Below, in pieces: positions 8,653-12,867 of a stretch of DNA of 12,867 nt; the first letter of the stretch is position 1; the number at the start of each line of letters is the position of its first letter. The notes under the pieces were generated by a model. The model did not search any database. It saw only the letters and a program-made list of their open reading frames with translations, and was not told the origin of the DNA. The stretch covers positions 1 to 12,867 of the forward strand of contig JASFYY010000040.1 of NCBI GenBank assembly GCA_045046875.1. The letters are read 5' to 3'. The stretch is from Verrucomicrobiota bacterium. Its GTDB lineage: Bacteria; Verrucomicrobiota; Verrucomicrobiia; Verrucomicrobiales; DEV007. A program made the position numbers and the translations under genes.

Positions 8653-8833
8653 AAAGATTCCCCGCCTCTTAAACGAGGTTGTTTCAATGTGCTGGAACTC
8701 CTCCTATAAATTGGACACAGGGAGGTTAATCCGATCGGTTTTAATTTAAGGTGATTGTTTCAAGGTTAAAGCATTTTCTTGGTTTAGGCTTTTACCTGAT
8801 CCCATCCCGCTTTTCACCTATTACCCGCCAGCG

Positions 8834-8858
8834 AAAATTCAAAAGCGGACTCGTCCGC
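8834..8858 (-). terminator. Probable intrinsic terminator downstream of the outermost tRNA 3'-end copy
   Basis: Minus strand GCGGA-cgag-TCCGC followed by TTTTGAATTTT. Confidence 0.5.
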
Positions 8859-8879
8859 CATAGCCTCGGCGACGGCGGA
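8854..8879. repeat. REP-like palindrome TCCGCC-ATAGCCTCGGCGAC-GGCGGA fused to the att core
   Basis: 6-bp inverted arms with an inner GCC-tc-GGC; related to 3151-3172 and 2340-2374. Confidence 0.6.
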
Positions 8880-8976
8880 AGGAGTGGGATTAACTCCCGC
8901 TTGTAGCAACTCGTTGATTATCAAAGGTTAAGTTTTCACCTCCGACAAATTAACTTACACCCGTAACTTACAGATT
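8874..8976 (-). repeat. att site copy A: tRNA(Ser)-like 3' end + IHF site + arm-type repeats
   Basis: Minus strand AATCCCACTCCTTCCGCC (T-loop end, T-stem, acceptor stem, G discriminator). 93/103 identical, ungapped, to 11329-11431. TAACTTACA at 8951-8959 and 8964-8972. Confidence 0.85.
8907..8919 (-). promoter_or_regulatory. IHF-binding consensus in att copy A
   Basis: Minus strand AATCAAcgagTTG is a perfect WATCAANNNNTTR match. Confidence 0.65.
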
Positions 8977-9273
8977 TACACGAATACTTTGACAGAAATT
9001 TGATTGGCTAAACACACAGGTGAGGACCACTTAGCGAGAGTTGAAAAACGCTGCGGTATCCAGCCCATCCGAGAATGGACAACAATGGATGCCACCTTTC
9101 CATCAGACATCAATAGAAGACAGATGATTTCCTCGGCTATAGCCTCTCTTTCCTTGCACGTCCGATTCCACTGTTTTGACTTTAAAACCTGGCACAACAC
9201 GTGGCCGTGTTTTTGAGCTTCAGCTCCGTTTACACATATCTAATCAATTGAATTCTTACGAAACTTTATTAGG

Positions 9274-11016
9274 ATGAGCTCTATGTATAAAAAGAATATC
9301 CTTATTTCATGGCTGCCGGCACTTTCGCTTTATTTCAGCATGTTTTCATATTCAAATTTAGGAGTAGCGCAGGACACAGTTTTCAACATTCACAACGATT
9401 CCAGCAGTGTTCCCGACGGCTTCATAATATTCGATTCCAATGGAAACATCATAGAATATGATTCCAATGGAAACGTCACCAACAACCCAAACTGGCTCGA
9501 TCCTTCTTTCGAACCTTCATCAGTCTGGCTCGATGATTATCAGGGTTATGAAAGCCGTGATATTCGCTTTAGAACCAATCAATCAGGAACGCTGGCGCCC
9601 TTGCTGAATGCGGGTGACTATAAAAAATCCGTAGACGACAACTCGGGTCGTCAAATACTGCTAGCTCCTCCCAGCTTGGCCATAGGTATCGATATGATTT
9701 TCTCCACAGTGGACAGCGGATTAGGCATGGGGCTCATCAACCAACAACTTATCCGCGGCGCACCCGATGCTGCCTTGAGAGGCTTGAATACCCGCTTGTT
9801 CAGGGCTCGATCTGGCATGAAGCCTCAATCTACAGCACAGACCTCTACCTTTTCAGGCAATTCAAGTTTACTTCGCTACTTTGCCTTTGTTCAAGACGAA
9901 CACGTGGACTCCAAAGTGGCCCTTGGTCTGGCTGATGGGGTGGAGCGTACCATCGAGGTCAAAATGATTGACTCACTGAGTGCTCAAAATGGCATCAATA
10001 TGCACAATCAATCTCATGTAGGCGGCTTACCTTATGCATTACTAGCTGCCCCACTGGTCAGTGGCGCAACGACTGTAAAAATCATTGAAGCCGGTCCTTA
10101 TGATGCAAAAGTCCTTGATAGGGCCAAATCCGTAATCGAAACCGCGCCAACTAAACGCTGGGAAGCTTTTGTTTCTGGAGATTTCAGCCATTATGACCAG
10201 GACTCTTTGGACGAAATGCTGGAGAGCTTTGACACTGAAACATATGCTGGCAGCATTGGCGTTGAATACCACGCTAAAGAGTGGCTTAACATTGGCCTAG
10301 CTTGGACCTATCTGCAAAGTGAAGCCGCGGGATTGGGCGGCCTAGGAGACTTAGATCTCAACGGCAATCTAATTTCAGCTTATGCCACTGGCTTCTGGGA
10401 TCAGAACTGGGCCGATATTCTTTACAGTTACGGTTCCTTCGACAGTGATATCCTTCGCAACACAGGCCTCCTTGGAGGCAAGGCACGGGGAGAAACGGAT
10501 AGCGACAGCCACAATATACGGCTCAATATCGGCCGCAATATCCAAGTGACAAATAACATCGTCACTGGACCCATAGCAGGACTGCGTTACTCCAGTGGAA
10601 GCAGTGACCCATACAGTGAAAACGGAGGTGGGCTAGCCATGCTTAATTACGACGACACAGATTTTGAATCGATGCAAAGCCAAGTGGGCTGGCAGGCGAG
10701 CCACCTGCGTCCAACTGGTTGGGGACGCATCGTATCACAAGTGCACCTTGGCTGGGAACACGAATACATGCCAGAGAATGGCACGGTGGGAGTATCGATG
10801 CAGACCTCACCTTTTACCCTGGGAGGAAAACGAGTAGGTGGATTTTCCGCTGAGAGTGATGGGGAACATCCTGGCACAGACTGGATGTCAGCGGGAGTGG
10901 GACTGAGTTTTGAACTGGACCGCGGTTGGACTTTTTTAACCGACTACCAAGGCGCGTTCTTTCGAAGCGGTTCGACACAGCATTACGTCTCAGCAAAAGT
11001 GAATTACAAGTGGTAA
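9274..11016 (+). CDS. Autotransporter (type Va) outer-membrane beta-barrel protein with short passenger
   Basis: Signal peptide ending GVA-Q. The C-terminal ~285 aa show an amphipathic beta-strand pattern (GSIGVEY, YSENGGGLAMLNY, QVHLGWEHEY) and end in VNYKW. Start could be 9274 or 9283. Confidence 0.9.
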   Translation: MSSMYKKNILISWLPALSLYFSMFSYSNLGVAQDTVFNIHNDSSSVPDGFIIFDSNGNIIEYDSNGNVTNNPNWLDPSFEPSSVWLDDYQGYESRDIRFRTNQSGTLAPLLNAGDYKKSVDDNSGRQILLAPPSLAIGIDMIFSTVDSGLGMGLINQQLIRGAPDAALRGLNTRLFRARSGMKPQSTAQTSTFSGNSSLLRYFAFVQDEHVDSKVALGLADGVERTIEVKMIDSLSAQNGINMHNQSHVGGLPYALLAAPLVSGATTVKIIEAGPYDAKVLDRAKSVIETAPTKRWEAFVSGDFSHYDQDSLDEMLESFDTETYAGSIGVEYHAKEWLNIGLAWTYLQSEAAGLGGLGDLDLNGNLISAYATGFWDQNWADILYSYGSFDSDILRNTGLLGGKARGETDSDSHNIRLNIGRNIQVTNNIVTGPIAGLRYSSGSSDPYSENGGGLAMLNYDDTDFESMQSQVGWQASHLRPTGWGRIVSQVHLGWEHEYMPENGTVGVSMQTSPFTLGGKRVGGFSAESDGEHPGTDWMSAGVGLSFELDRGWTFLTDYQGAFFRSGSTQHYVSAKVNYKW

Positions 11017-11063
11017 GAGTTTGTGAAGTAATCCGCTCATCCGGGAGAACAACGTTTGTTTGT

Positions 11064-11094
11064 TCACTTACATCATTAACTTACAGCGTAAGTT
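11064..11094. repeat. Arm-type repeat pair at the right end of the mini-island
   Basis: TCACTTACA (11064-11072) and TAACTTACA (11077-11085) have the same 13-bp period as the pairs at 8951/8964 and 11406/11419; an inverted GTAAGTT follows at 11088-11094. Confidence 0.75.
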
Positions 11095-11149
11095 TTTCCC
11101 TTCCGACATTTCCTCAAACCCTAATTCCATGGGAGTTGAGCGCGCAACC

Positions 11150-11166
11150 GCGGAAGGAGTGGGATT
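11150..11166 (-). repeat. att core copy B (tRNA(Ser)-like 3' end, CCA not intact)
   Basis: Minus strand AATCCCACTCCTTCCGC then GG; 17 bp identical to copies A and C. Confidence 0.85.
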
Positions 11167-11327
11167 GCCATCGCTTCGCTCAGGCTGTCTCCGCTGCGAC
11201 GCGTCAGCGTTCGATAAATAGCGAAGCCTTTTTGCGGAGCCGCACAAGTGAAACGCTGCGCGGATAAACTGCCTTCTTCTCATCCCACGACTGACGGCAG
11301 TTCGCTCCCTGCTCCGCAGGGACGAAA
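11167..11327. repeat. Structured GC-rich spacer between two tRNA 3'-end copies (180-bp period; tRNA-linked-repeat-like)
   Basis: Hairpin TTCGcTCCCTGC-tcc-GCAGGGACGAA (11301-11326); AACTGCC/GGCAGTT inverted pair (11267-11273/11296-11302); ATCCCAC (11282-11288) is complementary to the core GTGGGAT. Confidence 0.55.
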
Positions 11328-11431
11328 TGGCGGAAGGAGTGGGATTAACCTCCACTTGTAGTAACTCGTTGATTATCAAAGGTGTAATTTTCACCTCCAA
11401 CACATTAACTTACACCCATAACTTACAGATT
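11328..11431 (-). repeat. att site copy C: tRNA(Ser)-like 3' end with CCA + IHF site + arm-type repeats
   Basis: Minus strand AATCCCACTCCTTCCGCCA (11346-11328); TAACTTACA at 11406-11414 and 11419-11427; ~90% identical to copy A. Confidence 0.85.
11362..11374 (-). promoter_or_regulatory. IHF-binding consensus in att copy C
   Basis: Minus strand AATCAAcgagTTA is a perfect WATCAANNNNTTR match; the only difference from copy A is at the degenerate R position. Confidence 0.65.
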
Positions 11432-11531
11432 CCAACGACTAATTCAGTCCTGAAGATTAATATAAAAAATAGCTCAGTTTCAGGGATCAGCTCATATCAC
11501 CCGCCATGATATATACTCACAAACTCCTAAA

Positions 11532-12152
11532 TTAAATTGCCTCGTAGGTTTCGTTGTAAATCGCTGACAATGACTTGCCATTAAATTCCCAATAGGATCC
11601 TGGTGCCACTCTGTAAGGCAAATCTAAGAGCATGCGGGTGACCTGAGATAATGATGTTTCCTCTTCATCATAATTCACCTTCCGCTCAGAAGCGACAGTT
11701 ATGGTGGCGTCCCCTTGGGTAAAGTGAAGAGTAGATCCTATCGGGATCCCCATCTCGACAAAATTTAGCGCCGGCCGCCGTTTGATTAATTTTTCGCTAG
11801 CCTCTTTTGATTCGATATCCACCTTTTCCGCTTCCTCTCGAATATCCGGAGTCACATCCTCTATTATCATCAACTTAAGAAGAGCAATAGCCTGATCAGG
11901 ATCAATTTGGAAAAACTCACGCTTTGGATTTAAACGGTATGGCCCAAATGCTTGGTGGAACGCACGCTCCACAACATTCTCGTCCTCTACCCTGCCAGCA
12001 AATGCGCACTCGAATGGCACGGGAACACCAGTCGAATACAACTCGTTCAATCTAGTGTCCACACCATTTCGCGCCGTCTTGCCAATCTTCACCAAGCCTG
12101 GCATAGCGGGGTTTGTAAGTACGTAGATGATTCCAGGTTCCTTATTGCTCAT
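11532..12152 (-). CDS. GIY-YIG nuclease (T5orf172-like) with RAMA/DUF4357-like C-terminal domain
   Basis: GIIYVLTNPAMPGLVKIGKT...RLNELYSTGVPVPF...VE...H...REFF is the T5orf172-type GIY-YIG signature; C-terminal SLS...GSYWEFNGKSL. Start placed at ATG 12152. Confidence 0.85.
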   Translation of the reverse strand: MSNKEPGIIYVLTNPAMPGLVKIGKTARNGVDTRLNELYSTGVPVPFECAFAGRVEDENVVERAFHQAFGPYRLNPKREFFQIDPDQAIALLKLMIIEDVTPDIREEAEKVDIESKEASEKLIKRRPALNFVEMGIPIGSTLHFTQGDATITVASERKVNYDEEETSLSQVTRMLLDLPYRVAPGSYWEFNGKSLSAIYNETYEAI

Positions 12153-12292
12153 ATATTTGCAACATTTCAGAATTATCAGCCTGAGGTCAACATGATTCTG
12201 GCTTCCATCCGAATTGAATTGCCATGTCAAACCTCGCCAACTAATCTGCCAGCGATGCTGGCATTTTCGCAGCAGGACAAATAAACTTTGAG

Positions 12293-12631
12293 ATGAGAAT
12301 TCTAACCTGGAATATCCAACATGGTGGAGGCAAGCGGATAGAGCAGATATTCAAAGCTCTTTGCCCTTACAAAGCTGACCTGATAGTCTTGTCGGAATTT
12401 CGCCAAAACAAAGCGTCCGACAGATTGAGTGCGCTCCTCAGAGAAGCAGGCTACCTCTATCAGTCTGCGCAGCATGCGCCAGCCACGAGTAACATTGTAT
12501 TCGTTGCGGCTCGACGCCCCTTCGAAGCAATAACGTTTCCCGGTCAACCTGGGGATGAAGAGTTTGGAGATTTCACAAATCGCATTCTCCTAGCACGAAT
12601 TGAGGGATTGAATATTTTCAGCCTCTACTTA
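12293..12631 (+). pseudogene. Endonuclease/exonuclease/phosphatase (EEP) family gene, 5' part, interrupted by IS630
   Basis: MRILTWNIQHGGG and DLIVLSEF are EEP motifs. The gene is cut after SLYL at the TA 12630-12631; the C-terminal GDxN and SDH motifs are missing. Confidence 0.8.
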
Positions 12632-12867
12632 CTAACCCGGCGGATAATTAACATGCATACCTTATCGTTTCAGCTTTAAAGTAACTGGCTATTCTTGCAG
12701 GCATTTTTTGGAGTGAACGCATGACGCTGCGTGCGGTTTTTTTGAGTGCTCCTTTTTCGCGGAGGTCTGGACGTTTGGCGATTTGATACTTTAAATCGCA
12801 ATTAAGAAATTCGTCCGGATTAAGATCAGGCGAATAACTTGGCAGGTATTTCAACGTGATTTTTTTA
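12632..12867 (-). mobile_element. IS630-family insertion sequence, one end (continues beyond window)
   Basis: Transposase C-terminus followed by a short terminus TTATCCGCCGGGTTAG abutting a TA dinucleotide, the IS630/Tc1 target. Confidence 0.85.
12648..12866 (-). CDS. IS630-family DDE transposase, C-terminal part (5' end outside window)
   Basis: ITLKYLPSYSPDLNPDEFLN matches the LP.YSP.LNP.E signature that carries the catalytic Glu; ends YF....IRYAC. Confidence 0.92.
   Translation of the reverse strand, partial: KKITLKYLPSYSPDLNPDEFLNCDLKYQIAKRPDLREKGALKKTARSVMRSLQKMPARIASYFKAETIRYAC

Larger units (their letters stand above)
8875..11166. mobile_element. Non-autonomous integrative mini-island (2275-bp unit) carrying an autotransporter
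   Basis: Bounded by the 17-bp direct repeat GCGGAAGGAGTGGGATT (8875-8891, 11150-11166); paired arm-type repeats inside both ends; no integrase inside. Confidence 0.72.

Noticed and set aside
8976..9216. Short ORFs 8976-9200 (-) and 9004-9216 (+) as an integrase or excisionase remnant
   Set aside because: No tyrosine-recombinase catalytic motifs or HTH pattern are recognisable, and the starts are weak. A tBLASTn/HMM search would be needed to exclude a decayed remnant.
11150..11346. Intact tRNA-Ser gene
   Set aside because: Only the last 17-19 nt are present. No matching 5' acceptor strand (GGAAGGA), D-arm or anticodon arm lies at the expected distance from any of the three copies.
8874..11431. 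CRISPR array or integron attC array
   Set aside because: Repeat spacing (2275 and 180 bp) is irregular, there are no cas genes or intI, and no attC-type RYYYAAC...GTTRRRY long palindromes are evident. The repeats are better explained as tRNA-derived att cores.
10926..11509. ORFs 10926-11267, 11068-11403 and 11327-11509
   Set aside because: They run across att cores, arm repeats and hairpins and have no protein-like features; likely spurious.
12632..12679. C-terminal LTRRIINMHTLSFQL as part of the EEP protein
   Set aside because: These residues are read-through into the IS630 terminus and the antisense transposase sequence.

Overview
This is a bacterial chromosomal segment, probably from the PVC superphylum (Verrucomicrobia/Planctomycetes-like). 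That assignment is inferred from the paralogous PQQ-type beta-propellers, the DUF1080 gene and the autotransporter style. The left ~8.8 kb carries a leftward operon (DUF1080 hydrolase, secreted hypothetical, Tat-type PQQ-like propeller), a divergent second propeller, a spermidine-synthase-like methyltransferase, a FabZ-like dehydratase, a small hypothetical and a secreted protein with two VCBS/cadherin-like repeats. Short REP-like palindromes are scattered between these genes. The right ~4 kb is an integration hotspot. Three copies of a tRNA(Ser)-like 3' end (minus strand AATCCCACTCCTTCCGC[CA]) lie at 8874-8891, 11150-11166 and 11328-11346. Two copies head a 103-bp, ~90% identical block containing a perfect IHF consensus and paired TAACTTACA arm-type repeats, and a matching pair sits at 11064-11085. 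Together these delimit a ~2.3 kb integrase-less mini-island whose only clear cargo is an autotransporter. It is followed by a 180-bp tRNA-linked structured spacer and the end of a sister island (GIY-YIG/RAMA-like nuclease, an EEP gene broken by an IS630). No intact tRNA or integrase is in the window. All family calls come from motif recognition, not database searches.
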